Origin: Nemertoderma westbladi
Lineage: Eukaryota > Animalia > Xenacoelomorpha
Assembly (NCBI GenBank): GCA_032718475.1
Contig: JAUCBJ010008780.1
Coordinates: 1-64,000 of the forward strand
DNA length: 64,000 nucleotides
Direction of reading: 5' to 3'
Made by a program: the position numbers and the translations under genes. Below are positions 25,019-37,037 of the stretch, in pieces. Numbering within the stretch: position 1 is the first letter of the stretch; each line of letters starts with the position of its first letter. The notes under the pieces were generated by a model. That model was not told where the DNA came from. It did not search any database and worked only from the letters and a program-made list of their open reading frames with translations.

Positions 25019-26196
25019 TGTAAAGGCTTTTGCATAATCAGCCGGTTATTTTCCCCGTAAAGTACTCTTTAGTTGGTTTAACAGGCATAAAAGGCCGTGT
25101 CCTTACTGTATTGTTGTTTTAGAGGACATAAAAGCCATTTCTTCTGTATGTGTACTTTAGCGGACATGATTAGCAATTCTATGACGCAATACGCCGGATC
25201 CTCTTGAAACAGTGTAGAGACCATGACGACGGCTAACAGCTGATATTGCCACGTGGAACATCTCTTTGTTCTTTGTTCTCTCTTTGTTCGGTCGACCAAT
25301 CAGAGCGTTTTTTGCCTCTGTGTTGGAGATTGTATATAGAAACTAGTGAAGTGAGTCAGTATGTGATTTTGTCCACAGCCTACAACACCGGCGTGGAACC
25401 TCCGTGTTTCAGTCTTTAGTTCAACATTAGTAGGCTTAATTATAGAGCGTATATCCGTTATCTCAACTTATCACACTAATCTAATCTCATAACTTAATCA
25501 TAAATCATACTCACTCATAACATACTTTAACATTACTGCTTTTGCTGTCGGTTATTCATTATATTTGTTGATGGAATATTATATTTGAAATACGTATCAA
25601 TAATCAGACACCCCAATCTTCTTGATATACTAAAGGTTAGAGAGACCGGTTACATATAACGATTGTGACTTATATTAAGTGGTTTGAAGTGAATCTAATG
25701 CTATTTTATAGGCCCTACATGTATTGTCTGTTATTCTCTTTGTATGTGACTAAAATTAGTGAAGGTCGGCAGATTGGTGTGCAGCATTGTGCAGTATTGT
25801 GTATGATTGTGATTGATAACGAAGCATCTCCTAAAGAATGCGCCATATACGTGAATCTATAGCCATCCCGTTGTGTATAGTTTAAGTCATAACTCTGTTT
25901 ATATATTTAAAGCGCCACGTCCTAAAGGAACTGTTAATATTTCCCGAAAGTGAATAATATTTGTCAGAGATTATATATATTAAGATCAGTCGAATAATAC
26001 AGTAGGCCTATCCCGCAATTCGATTAGGCTTCTGAATCCAGTCTCCCGGGTATATCCAGCGGGTGAATGATCGCGCATAGACTGGTTTCGGCTAATGTAG
26101 TGTATCAAATATTTGTCGTAGGCTAAAGACTATCTATTATCTAGAAGACATCCTAATTTGGCAGGTTAAACTGCTAAAGGTCTGAAAGCGCGAACA
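25019..26196 (+). repeat. E1 3' LTR (1178 bp)
   Basis: TGTAAAGG...GCGCGAACA, preceded by the PPT and followed by TSD AAGTC. Confidence 0.95.
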
Positions 26197-26519
26197 AAGT
26201 CGTTAAGTTATAATTACTCGCACATTACTATTTTAGTAACTTTATACAGTTTTAAAGCTTTCATTATATTATAAGTTTCCTACAATATAAACTATTGTTC
26301 TTAATTAATTAATTAGTTCTTAACCCAGCAAGTCCCGGACCATGAATGCTTCAATGAAATTTCTTGAAATTTTTATTGTGAGCATAAAGTGGACCTATTA
26401 AGAAAATTCCAAACTTTGGTTAACGTACATATATGGGAAGATAGATTTTACATAGGGTCTACAAATGTAGACGTTAGGACTTCAAGGGTACAAAAATACA
26501 CTTATTTTGTGCAAAAATA

Positions 26520-27086
26520 TGTGCAGACAGTGGTGCGGACACTGGTGCAGTCAGTGGTGCAGACACCTGGTGCAGACAGTGGTGCAGACAGTGGTGCAGA
26601 CAGTGGTGCAGACACTGGTGCAGACACTGGTGCAGACAATGGTGCAGACAGTGGTGCAGACACTGGTGCAGACTTTGGTGCAGACAGTGGTGCAGACACT
26701 GGTGCAGACACTGGTACAGACACTGGTGCAGACAGTGGTGCAGACACTGGTGCAGACAGTGGTGCGGACACTGGTGCAGACAGTGGTGCAGACAGTGGTG
26801 CAGACACCTGGTGCAGACAGTGGTGCAGACAGTGGTGCAGACAGTGATGCAGACAGTGATGCAGACACCTGGTGCAGACACTGGTGCAGACAGTGGTGCA
26901 GACACGCGTGCAGACAGTGGTGCAGACAGTGGTGCAGACACTGGTGCAGACAGTGGTGCAGACAGTGGTGCGGACACTGGTGCAGACAGTGGTGCAGACA
27001 CCTGGTGCAGACAGTGGTGCAGACACTGGTACAGACACTGGTGCGGACAGTGGTGCACACACTGGTGCAGACAGTGGTGCAGACAC
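26520..27086. repeat. 12-bp minisatellite (GGTGCAGACAST)n
   Basis: Directly visible tandem array. Confidence 0.95.
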
Positions 27087-27089
27087 ATG

Positions 27090-27860
27090 CATCATGCTGC
27101 ATGAAGGCCTTTTAGCAGTTTCAACAGCCCTTTTCAGCATTTATCATGCTGCACGAAGGCATCTGAACAGTTTCAACAGCTATTTTCAGCATTCTCATAT
27201 TGCACAAATCCCTCTGAACAACTTCAAATGTTATTTTTTAGCATTTATGCTGCATGAAGGACTTTGAACAGTTTTATAACTTTCAACAGCAATTTTCAGC
27301 TTTTCTCATGTTGCACAAAGCCATCTGAACAGTTTTATCAACTCTTTTCAGTATTTCACCTTCTGTGCGAAGGCCTGAAAGTTTCAAAACTTATTTTCAG
27401 TCTTTCTCAAGCTACTCGAAGACCGCTGAACAGTTTCAACAGCTCTTTTCAGCATTTATCATGCTGCACAAAGCTCTGAATAGTTTCATTTCAAAATCTT
27501 TTTTCAGCGTTTATCATGCTGCACAAAGGTCTCTGAGCAGCTTTGAGAGATCTTTTATGTATTTTTCAAACTGTGCGAAGGCCCCTGGGCAGTTTTATCA
27601 GTTCTTTTCAGTTTTTCTCATGATACATGATACCCTCTGAACAATTTCAACAGCACTTTTCAGCATTTATCATGCTGCACAAAGGACTCTGAACAGTTTT
27701 AGTGGCTCTTTTCAGGTATTTAACATGCTGCGCGAAGGCCTGAATAATTTCAAAAGCTCTTTTCAGTATTTAAAATGCAGCAAGAATGTCTCTAACCAAA
27801 GCGTTTTGACAGCTTGTTTCAGTATTTGTGATGCTACTTGACTGCTTGAAGGCCTCTAAA
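27090..27860. repeat. Degenerate tandem repeat of about 59 bp (catgctgcacaaagg...ctgaacagtttcaacagc..ttttcagcattt)
   Basis: About 13 diverged units. Confidence 0.8.
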
Positions 27861-27899
27861 TAGATTTGGTGGGGTTGAAATGAACATAAGAACCCAGCG

Positions 27900-28160
27900 T
27901 TCATGTCAATATTGACATTAGATGTCAATATTGACATGCAATAAAACATACTGTATCATTAAAATTATTACAAACAACAATATACATTGGTTGGATTCAA
28001 CAATATTTTAATTAAAATAGATATTCTCTTTACAAAAAAACATTTTCTACTTTTCAAATCACAATATTTAAAAAATTTATGATCAAAACATGTCAATATT
28101 GACATCATGTCAATTTTGACATGGAACATGTCAATATTGACAACATGTCAATATTGACAA
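27900..28160. repeat. Clustered palindromes TGTCAATATTGACA
   Basis: Six copies in two clusters (about 27903-27937 and 28090-28159). Confidence 0.75.
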
Positions 28161-28929
28161 AGTGCCCGACTGTACAGTACCTACTCTATGTCAGGTGAAA
28201 TTATGAGCCCCTGTATCCTGTATCCATATTCCTGTATGAAATGTCTTCTGAAATTACAGTATATACTGTACTACAGTAATTTCAGTGATATTTTGTACCC
28301 CTTAAGTCCTAAGGTCTACATTTGTAGACTTGCTCATTCAGGACATCACGAATTCTAATTACATGTTGTTGGGAGCTTCATAATTCATTTATATGTTCAG
28401 AAATTATCAGGGATGATAATATTTGCATCTCCAAGTCACATGAGGCAACTTTCGTCCTAAAATTAGAGTTGAATTGACTCGCCCTTTTTTTGCATAAATT
28501 CACTAAAATTGAGCTTTTGTCAGATGTTAGTATTGCGAACATGAGGGCTAAAATTTACTTTAAATAGTACTCCCATGCCTCTAAGTCTGATTTATAGTGA
28601 AAATACTAAATAAATTGGTACAGCTTTTAATTGAGAGCACCATATTGCATGGGTCTACAAATGTAGACCTTAGGACTTAATGGGTTAATTAATTGAATTC
28701 TTCTAATTATGTAACAAATATTGATTTATTAATTAGATTTATCACATTTTCTTAAGGATTTATATTAATGAATGATTTATTGTTATATGTATAATTTATT
28801 CAGTGCCTCTGTATAAAGTAATTAATTATTTTTATTGTCTGAGTTAGAAAAGTCGCCTTCCTAAATTACTGGTAGTCGAATTTCAATAATTCTTAGAATC
28901 GTTTAACATCATGTACATTACATCTTTAT

Positions 28930-29187
28930 CGTTGAGTCGGGCATTGTCATGCTCTCGGTAAAGTTGTACATGTACATAGTGTAATTACGTTTTATATGGG
29001 TTTTAGGTTAGCGTAGTGTAATATTGTATTTGTAACCAAGTAACATAAAGGACCCCCTTGGAAATAAGCTGCAAAGCTTTAGGGGTAATCCTATATGTTA
29101 TATTGGACAATACCTTTATACCGGTAAATTGTTTGGTGTATTTGTTATTGTTTTTACATAATGTATAAATAAATCTATCTATCTATC
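28930..29187 (+). mobile_element. Probable LINE (L2/CR1-group) 3' UTR fragment
   Basis: Stem-loop gaccccc...gggg, AATAAA and a (CTAT)n tail. Confidence 0.35.
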
Positions 29188-29512
29188 AGTAAATACTCCA
29201 AATTCAAATGCTTTTATGTTATAATGCATGATTTTGTTATCTTGGAAGTAATTTACAGTGCATAGTAAGCCACATCAAAGTTTTGATTTTTGGAATCACG
29301 TTCTTTACATTTGGAAATGTGGGAAGACAATACTTTTCCGATGGGATTTTCGGTGCAAAACAACTAAAAATACATTTCTACATTGGATTTTAATTATGGT
29401 AAAAAAAAGGTTCTACCACTGAAATGAGAGTAATATTTTCGTAAAGTACAGGATTTCGAAATGACCATAAGGAAAATAATTTATGATATATTTTTTCAAA
29501 TATAATGCTTAA

Positions 29513-30597
29513 CCCTATTACCACTGGGGTGTTTTGACCATTAGCACCCCTGGGGGGGGGGGGGGGGGGGGGATTCGGCCCACCCACTATTTGTAGTCGT
29601 CCAATGAAATCCTACAAAATTTGGGCTGTTGGTGAAACAACTATAGATGAACACTACCAAACCTTAAAAAGTTAAAATTTCATAAGCAGCGACTCATAAT
29701 TTTGATGAAAAATAAAAGTAGTCCCAGGACAAAATTACAAAATTTTTCGTTTTCTAAAAACTAATAGTGTGGCAGTGTTGGTTAGATTTAGTAGGTTTTT
29801 CAAGACGCTGAATCGAATGTGATTATATTCCACTTCCAAAAATTGAAGTTAATGCTATTTTTCGTGCACCTAAGAAGTGGGCGTGGCACTTCAAATTTTG
29901 AAAAATACGAGATTCGGAAAATAAACCAAAATTGAAATTTTAACGAATTTATATAGGTTTTCCAGACCGCTGAATCGATTGAAAGTAATATAGAAGCCTG
30001 AAGACTTAGAAGTTAGCCATTTTTTGAAATCAAAACTTTAGTGTTTTTTCCGAATAAAGTAATTTTGAAAATTTGAAGTGCCACGCCCTAATTTTGGTGC
30101 ACCAAAAATGGCGAACCACTAAGTCTTCAGGCTTCTATATTACTTTCAATCGATTCAGCGCTCCAGAAAACCTATAAAAATGCTTCGAAATCAGAACTTT
30201 AGTAAATTTTCCGAATAAAGTAATTTTGAAATTTTAAAGTGCCACGCCCTAAATTTGGTGCTCCAAAAATGACGTACCACTACACTTACATACTTGTATA
30301 GAGCATTAGAGTGATCCAAACCAATAAAAATAGCCAAACATAAATAATTACTAAATCACGAATGACTTTGTAAAATTCGAAAATTTCAAAAAATTTGGTG
30401 CTGGAGACCAAATTTTGAGGTGGCACCCACATCAAAAAGTAGAAATCCAATTGCAACGGCGTTTTTTGCAAAAGATGCGGCATTAAATTTGGCTAATTCT
30501 CACAAAAAATTGGGCCGGTACGTAATGTGGTTGCATAGTTACAGCAACTAAAAACTAAGAAGGGGCCGATTCGCCCCCCCCCCCAGTGGTAATAGGG
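29513..30597. mobile_element. piggyBac-like MITE
   Basis: TIR CCCTATTACCACTGGGG at both ends, TTAA TSD, internal inverted duplications. Confidence 0.85.
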
Positions 30598-30877
30598 TTA
30601 AGCCTAAAGATCTGGTGTCATTGTGTCCCTATATGAGTATATAGTAGATCGTTTGATCAAAGTTGATAGCAAGAAAAATTACAGTATTGGACGGACGATC
30701 ACAATGGAAGCTGGAAATTTTCAGATCACATATTAATTGTTGATTGCAGTGTACACCAACGGTTAGTAAAAATTAAATTACAATTTTAAACATTGCCGTT
30801 TAAAATGGCCTAACTCTGAATTTAGAAAATCATGTAGAGTTCGGCCATTTTAAACGGCACTGTTTAAAATGGCTTAA

Positions 30878-31580
30878 GGGGGGGGTACACCATTTTCGGT
30901 CAACTCTTCGATTTGTCACTCTCAGCGTTTCAAAATTGTTTGGTTTTGGCTAAAATTTGGCTTATAGGTGCCTAAGATGCTATTCTACATGACAGGTCAG
31001 AAAAAAAATTTTTTCCGCTATTTAATATTAGTTAATACTAGTTAACAATAAAAAAAACTTGGTTGCGCGTAAAACCCTAAGGCTTTTACAGTTTTGATTC
31101 TAATCACATGAAAGTTTTTTTATATGATAGATCAAAGATGGGGCAACATAACTATCAGGCGAAATTTTGTTAAAATAATTCTGCACCGCTAGGTGGCGCT
31201 GCAAATTTATGCAAATTTTTAGGTTTTTTATAAATAGCATTAAATTTTATTAACAAAAAATTTCGAAAAGTTGCCTGATACTTTTATGCAGGGTGGCTAT
31301 CTAGACACCCACAGGAAGTTTCAGACTAATTACTCAAAAATTGTAGAAGTAGTAGGGTTTTGAAGTTGACAATTTCATGAAAAAAATATTTGGAGATAAT
31401 CGACCTTTTATTATACATAGTAATAGTAATTTCAATAGGATTCCCTAAATGGAAATTTACATAACTTAAAAACTAAAAGAGCTATTAAAATGCGGTTTTC
31501 AGATTTGGAAACACCATTCAATGGTGCATTGTAATAGACCATAAAAAAAATTTCGACATATTTTGGACCAAAATGGTGTA
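30878..31580. mobile_element. Kolobok-like MITE with a damaged right end
   Basis: TTAA followed by GGGGGGGGTACACCATTTTCGGTC; the right end has GACCAAAATGGTGTA. Confidence 0.5.
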
Positions 31581-32058
31581 AAAATGTAAGATTCAAATGT
31601 ATTATTCAATGACAAATGAAATTAAATTATTTAATTGTACTGGCTCGGAACATTGAAAATTTATATATTTCATTTTCAAAAATAGATCTAGTTGACAGCA
31701 AATTTTTTCAGCTTTCCATTGATATTTATAACTCATTTTTTTCAAAAAAATCACTTAGCACCTTTTTAACGCCACCCGACGATTCCTAACTCAGTTGTTC
31801 GATTCAACCGCGTAATCTTTTTCCAACTTAAATGGAGCAAGTGACTGACTGACTTCTTGCTTATGTTTCATGGACGCGGAGGCAACTACTGACTGGCTGA
31901 TACAATACAGCAATAGGCCTAACTACACAAAATGCAGTATTATTGCCTAGTAACCGAATTATACCTACTACAATACAATATTTTTAATAAAGCAGCATAC
32001 AGTATATTTTATCTTTTTTATTTTTACAAAGTAACAATTTATTTTTTCTAGATTCAAG

Positions 32059-32676
32059 ATGCCAATGTCCACAAATAAAGTCAACTGCCCCATCTGCGAT
32101 AAAGAGATGCGGAGCAATAATTTACCCCGCCACATTAAAACTCATTTCGCGCAATATAGATGCGACTGCAGCTGGACCTGGTCCTCCAAAAAGAAGACTA
32201 TGGTTGCCCTAGACCTATGGTTGCCCCCGACAAGAACTCCTATACCCAGTCCGACTATTACGAGTGCTCAGATCGCGAAACCATTTTCTGCATATCTCAC
32301 ACTGATCGGTATTAGTACCTTGCCGATCGAGCAAGATCCGCGCCATCAAGAGGGCGCTCCACAACTAAACTATTATCGCGACTCAGACGAATTCATCGAA
32401 GAAACCCCAAGGAGACGAACATCAGGCGAACCAAACCCGCGGGTTTGGAATACGTGAATGGATCATCGACCCAGTTCGAAGGAAAACTTCTGGGTTAAAC
32501 TGGAAGAAGGATCATATGAAAGGCAAAGGCTTACCCAAATAGAGCCAACAGCTCAGCGGAACCCTAGCCAGGAGTTAAGCGCCAGTCTAGCGCAAGCTAT
32601 ATCACCCCACATCCAACCTACAATGGACATGCTTAGTAACTTACAGCTAAAGAAAGCAGCCCAGGTAAGGACTAAT
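32059..32676 (+). pseudogene. N-terminal gag region of older BEL/Pao element E3, beginning with a C2H2 finger
   Basis: CPICDKEMRSNNLPRHIKTH; the frame ...AAQVRTN continues as SNPSRQEQ after removing E2 and one CTAAT copy. Confidence 0.65.
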
Positions 32677-33887
32677 TGTTCGCGCTTTTGAAGACCTTTA
32701 GCAGTTTAACCTGCCAAAATTTATATGTCTTTTAGTTAATTAAAACACCTTTAGCATACGACAATATTTTATGCTAATAAACAAAACATTAGCCGAAGTC
32801 AGCCCATGCGCGATCATTCACCCGATGGATCTACACCAGGGAGGCTGAATTCGGATGCTTAAATTATATTATTGCAGTGTAAGGTTGCAGTGTGAACCTA
32901 CTGTATTATTCGATAGATCGTTAATAATTAATCTCTGACAGATATTATTGGCTTTCGGGAAATATTAACAGTTCCTTTAGGACGTGGCGCTCTATCTATT
33001 TAAACAGAACTAGGACTTATACTAAACGCAACGATACCGCTTATGATTAAAGTATAAGGCGTATTCTTTAGGAAATACTTTGTTACCAATCACAATCATG
33101 TACACTATTCTGCCGACCGTCAGTATATTTGACCACACATAAAGAGAGCAGCAATTGACTCATGTAGGGTCTGCTAAATAACATTAGATTCAATACACAC
33201 CACATTAATATAAATCGCAATTGTTATGTATAGCCTGTCTCTCTAACCTGTAGTGTATCAAGAAAATTGGGAATTTTGGGTGATTTATCCGTATTCTTCA
33301 AAGAGCAATAATTCATCAACAAATAGATACAATTAACAACTGACGGTAAATAACAGTACAAACAATATGATTAGTGCAGTTAAATTAAATGATTGAGACT
33401 CGTTAAGTTCGTTAGTTAAGTGAGTTAAGGTAACAGTTATACTTTCGGTAATTTAAGCAGTTTTACTAAAGTTCTTCCCAAAAGCCGGTGTTATGGCGAA
33501 AAATGGGAACACAACAACAGAATCATATAAAATCATATGACTACTTGACTATACGAGGATACCAACTACCCTTATTCCCCGAAGCTCCCGTCCAACACAG
33601 AGGATGAGCATACAGATAGGAAATTCAGTTCAGTAGCTCTGGGATAGGTCAAAATCAACGCCCACTCAAATTCTATTGGCCGATACGGACAGCAAGGCTA
33701 AGGCAACCTCCCTAAGCTGGTTGGCCGCCGATCGAACAGAACCCAGATACTCTCGTACAGCCCATCAGCCAATAAGCTGGTAGCTTGCACTATTTTACCT
33801 ATAGCTCCCTTTTAGAGTATTCTAGCGACCGGGGGGGAACTGGCCAGCAAAGGCAAACGTATCAGTTATCCCACAAAAGCTTTTACA
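32677..33887 (-). repeat. E2 3' LTR
   Basis: TGTAAAAG...GCGCGAACA on the minus strand; PPT at 33888-33895. Confidence 0.95.
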
Positions 33888-33965
33888 CCGCTCCCAGAAA
33901 ATGGGATTTAAGTCTATAAAATATACAAAATCACAGTTTCTAAAATATAAAAATACTCTAAACAG

Positions 33966-35741
33966 TTAGTCTTTCTTGCGCGGATGGCGTTTACGCAGTT
34001 TTTTAAAGCTAGCAAGAGTCCTTTTCTCTTTGGGGCGAGCCACTTTACGAGGAGGGCTATAACTCCTGGGTGAAGGGTGCAATATGATTGCATCAGAAGG
34101 TATGGGATTACGATCGGTATATCCGCCGGTCGAAGTACCGGGTTGATTGACATCAACGTCCGGGGAGAGGGGTCTAACGGCTTTGAGAGCTCGTTTCAAG
34201 ACAGCCGCTCTTACGGGTCCTGTACGAGTGGTCTGCACGAGGGCCGTGGGTGGACCATAGGTAGTTAGAAACTTCCTTGGTTTAATGGTTCTTTCCAACT
34301 CGCGTTCGCGGGCTCGATACTCGTAAGGCCGTCGATATACTTCCTGTAACTCGGGGTGTGAGTTGACAAATAAGTCTCCATAGGCAGGGTCTTGACGGAT
34401 AAAGTTTATTAAGTTGTAAGAATGGATGTCACTCGGATTAATGCTCCTGAGGAATTTGCGTACATATTTAGTTGAAATACATTCTCCAACGCGCTTCAAT
34501 AGTTCATAACTTGATAGGCGTGATTTCTGCTCGACGGAGGCAAACAAATAAGGATGGAACGCATAAACTCCTTCGTAAGCGCGTCCAGGGTAATAGCGAT
34601 GGCGTGAATCACAATGTAAATCAGCGTTCGCTTCCCAAGCTCTGATATAACGTAGTACAATCATTTCATCTACGCTCTCTAAATCATGATTAAAGGGACA
34701 ATCAAAGCTGGCGTGTCCTTTTAATTGACAATGATGGCATTGAGTCATAAATTGGGGGCAGACAGCAAAAATGTGCAAATTATTAAGCCGACAATATGCA
34801 CAATAGATTTCCATCGACGGTTGCTCGTGGAAATAGGAACAGAGATCGTTGGTGTCCATAGACGTAATATGGTCTCTCGATGCGCACAGCCGACAACGTT
34901 GTCTAGAAACATAATTGGCATGGCGATAATCATACGCAGTAAGACACTGTGGACCTTGATACCATTCCAATATGTAGTCGCTATCGCTACTCCGAGACAT
35001 GGGGGGCTGAATCTCTTCAGATTCTAAACATATGGGTTCGTCTTCCCCTTGTATAGTTGAGGTAGGCGTGGCTGTCTCCTCAAGTGGACCTATCGTCTGA
35101 ATTTCCACGACAGAATAACCTGTGGGGATCCGAGGTCTTTGGATAACCGAGGAGTGCAGGTTTATTATACAAATGTCTTTGAAAATAGCGAATCCAGCGC
35201 TATCTAACTTCTCCGCAGCCGAGTCTCTTAAGCTGAGCTTGGTCAAAGCGCGGTCTTTGAATTGGCTATCCACGTTGCGAAACGGGGTTAAAAACCGTCG
35301 GAAACATTCAAAGCAGATGAATTTATTATGTTCATCTAGCTTAGCGAGTTTGGTCCCAAGGATTAATGGATGGGCGCGTATAATGCGACTGCACACATCG
35401 GCTAGCCAACCGGAAAGTGCGGTGTTTTCGAAGATCGTGTAGATAGCTAAGGAGGGACGGAGTGGAACACTCATGAAGCTATACACGGCGCCAGGTGCGG
35501 TCAACGGTCCGTCAAAGTATAATCGAGAATAATGGTCTCCGTATACTTGTTGATAGTTGATGGGATTTCCGACCTTGAAATTCCATCCGTATTCCTGAAA
35601 AGCAAGATGTCCGATGGAAGTTCGTTGCACCTTTGTAATGTTGCTAGACGCATTAGCATACATGGTGCGAAAGAAACCTCGGCTTTCTGCCCAGGGAACA
35701 ATCAGCTGAGTATCCACGAAAGGGTATGGAATGTTCTCCAT
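33966..35741 (-). CDS. E2 ORF3b, 591 aa: putative DEDDy-exonuclease-like C-terminal half, three CCHC-type knuckles, basic tail
   Basis: Open frame; FVDTQL...SIGHLAFQEYGWNFK...GPLTAPGAVYSFMSV; CRLCASRDH..C, CAYCRLNNLH..C, CHHCQLKGHASFDC; KKLRKRHPRKK; no signal peptide or TM segment. Confidence 0.65.
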   Translation of the reverse strand: MENIPYPFVDTQLIVPWAESRGFFRTMYANASSNITKVQRTSIGHLAFQEYGWNFKVGNPINYQQVYGDHYSRLYFDGPLTAPGAVYSFMSVPLRPSLAIYTIFENTALSGWLADVCSRIIRAHPLILGTKLAKLDEHNKFICFECFRRFLTPFRNVDSQFKDRALTKLSLRDSAAEKLDSAGFAIFKDICIINLHSSVIQRPRIPTGYSVVEIQTIGPLEETATPTSTIQGEDEPICLESEEIQPPMSRSSDSDYILEWYQGPQCLTAYDYRHANYVSRQRCRLCASRDHITSMDTNDLCSYFHEQPSMEIYCAYCRLNNLHIFAVCPQFMTQCHHCQLKGHASFDCPFNHDLESVDEMIVLRYIRAWEANADLHCDSRHRYYPGRAYEGVYAFHPYLFASVEQKSRLSSYELLKRVGECISTKYVRKFLRSINPSDIHSYNLINFIRQDPAYGDLFVNSHPELQEVYRRPYEYRARERELERTIKPRKFLTTYGPPTALVQTTRTGPVRAAVLKRALKAVRPLSPDVDVNQPGTSTGGYTDRNPIPSDAIILHPSPRSYSPPRKVARPKEKRTLASFKKLRKRHPRKKD

Positions 35742-36407
35742 ATTCCTGTTGCACGCCTAACATGTTTTCCGCCATCGATGGGAGAGGGCAAGGAAAACCT
35801 ATGACACATTCAACAAGGTTTAAAATACGATCTCAGTAGGAGGATTATGTCATTCGAAGATTATCTCCAAATTAATTTATCCCCAATTATTAAGGGAGGT
35901 GAACAACCAGATTTATGACACACAATGGTACCAGTTGTTCACAGACTAGCCGCGTATCCTTTTAGTCCTTGTATCGGGTTGTGGACCTAAGGAAATTATC
36001 GGTGGTTGATTATGTAATCAACGACAAAGAGATGGGCGTTGATATTATAAATACCAACACAATGGTATATGGACAGGAGGTGCGGACACGAATATAGGCA
36101 TCCAGATAAACAGTAAAGGGTGGGGAGATTTATTAGGAAGCGGTATGATTCATACCACGATACCACTATGATTGGTCGATCGATGAAGGGAGTAAAGAGG
36201 AGGAAGGAGATATGGTAGTATCCATAAGACACCACAATGGACATGTTTTCCGTTACCTCATCATTCATTCTTATCTGCTTACTGTGACACTGATCACAAT
36301 AATTACAGGAAAACGATGAAGGAAGAGAAAGTTACAGCCTCCCGAAGGAGACCGCCCGCGAGCACCCGTGCCCCGGGGAAAACTATTCACATTATGGACC
36401 CTAGACA

Positions 36408-37037
36408 TCAACTCATGTCTCTTCTCCAGTGGTTCCCTTCTATTAGTTCAAAGCTATCTGAGACAACAGATAGTGGACGATCTGCGGTAAGATACATCAT
36501 GGTGAAATAGAGTCGTTTGAGTTCTACCATGGGATCGTGATGTATACCTTGAGGATATCGAGTCTCTAGGTTCTGTTGACTGGCAATATTGAGATAGGTT
36601 TCTCTCAAAAATTCCAAGTAGTCGTTGAAGTTAATACGCTTATCGGGTTCTTCAACGTTTTCTCTGTCGAGTAGGTTGCGAATAGAGTTCTCGTGTTCTA
36701 TTCTCGGTTTATCATTACGATTCCGCTGGGCATGATATTTAAATAAAACCATTTCCCTTTCGGTGTCTACATCATCAGTATCATGTAAATCGGTAGGATG
36801 GCCGGTAGTTAAGAAGTCCATATACGTACCATTACGATTCGTATAGCGAGCGGTGAATTTTCTATAGTCCGATTCACGCGTAAGTTGTTCCTGGGACATC
36901 GGCGGTTCGATATAACGACCATCGTCCTCCGTAATAGTCGGATCGGCTTCACCGCGTATCAAGCTATCCACAAACGCTTGTAAAGGTAGAGTATATCGCT
37001 CTCTAATACCAAGGTCATCTTCTATCAATTCCGTCAT
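36408..37037 (-). CDS. E2 ORF3a, 209 aa, N-terminal part of the additional ORF
   Basis: Open frame homologous to E1 23453-24020; the two diverge after SFE. Confidence 0.65.
   Translation of the reverse strand: MTELIEDDLGIRERYTLPLQAFVDSLIRGEADPTITEDDGRYIEPPMSQEQLTRESDYRKFTARYTNRNGTYMDFLTTGHPTDLHDTDDVDTEREMVLFKYHAQRNRNDKPRIEHENSIRNLLDRENVEEPDKRINFNDYLEFLRETYLNIASQQNLETRYPQGIHHDPMVELKRLYFTMMYLTADRPLSVVSDSFELIEGNHWRRDMS

Larger units (their letters stand above)
11059..26196 (+). mobile_element. BEL/Pao LTR retrotransposon E1 (both LTRs present, coding-defective)
   Basis: TG...CA LTRs at 11059-12531 and 25019-26196, TSD AAGTC, PPT GGGAGCGG at 25011-25018, domain order gag-PR-RT-RH-IN with BEL-type triple zinc knuckle. 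Confidence 0.95.
26324..28684. mobile_element. Composite piggyBac-like non-autonomous element (TTAA-CCC...GGG-TTAA) carrying satellites
   Basis: TTAA flanks; repeated inverted motif aagtcctaaggtctacatttgtagac at about 26455-26490, 28298-28330 and 28650-28684; the left TIR is degenerate. Confidence 0.5.
7546..31781 (+). mobile_element. Sola1-like DNA transposon, expanded by nested insertions
   Basis: Perfect 29-bp TIRs CGTCGGGTGGCGTTAAAAAGGTGCTAAGT (7546-7574 and 31753-31781), 4-bp TSD ATTC on both sides, and transposase remnants inside. Confidence 0.8.

Noticed and set aside
26389-27267. Multiple repetitive ORFs (GADS/VQTV/CRQW)
   Set aside because: Artefacts of the 12-bp minisatellite.
27090-27860. 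CRISPR-like periodicity here and at 7620-7885
   Set aside because: Units are degenerate tandem repeats without unique spacers; no cas genes; eukaryotic context.
33966-35741. env gene
   Set aside because: No signal peptide or transmembrane helix; it has zinc knuckles and a basic tail instead.
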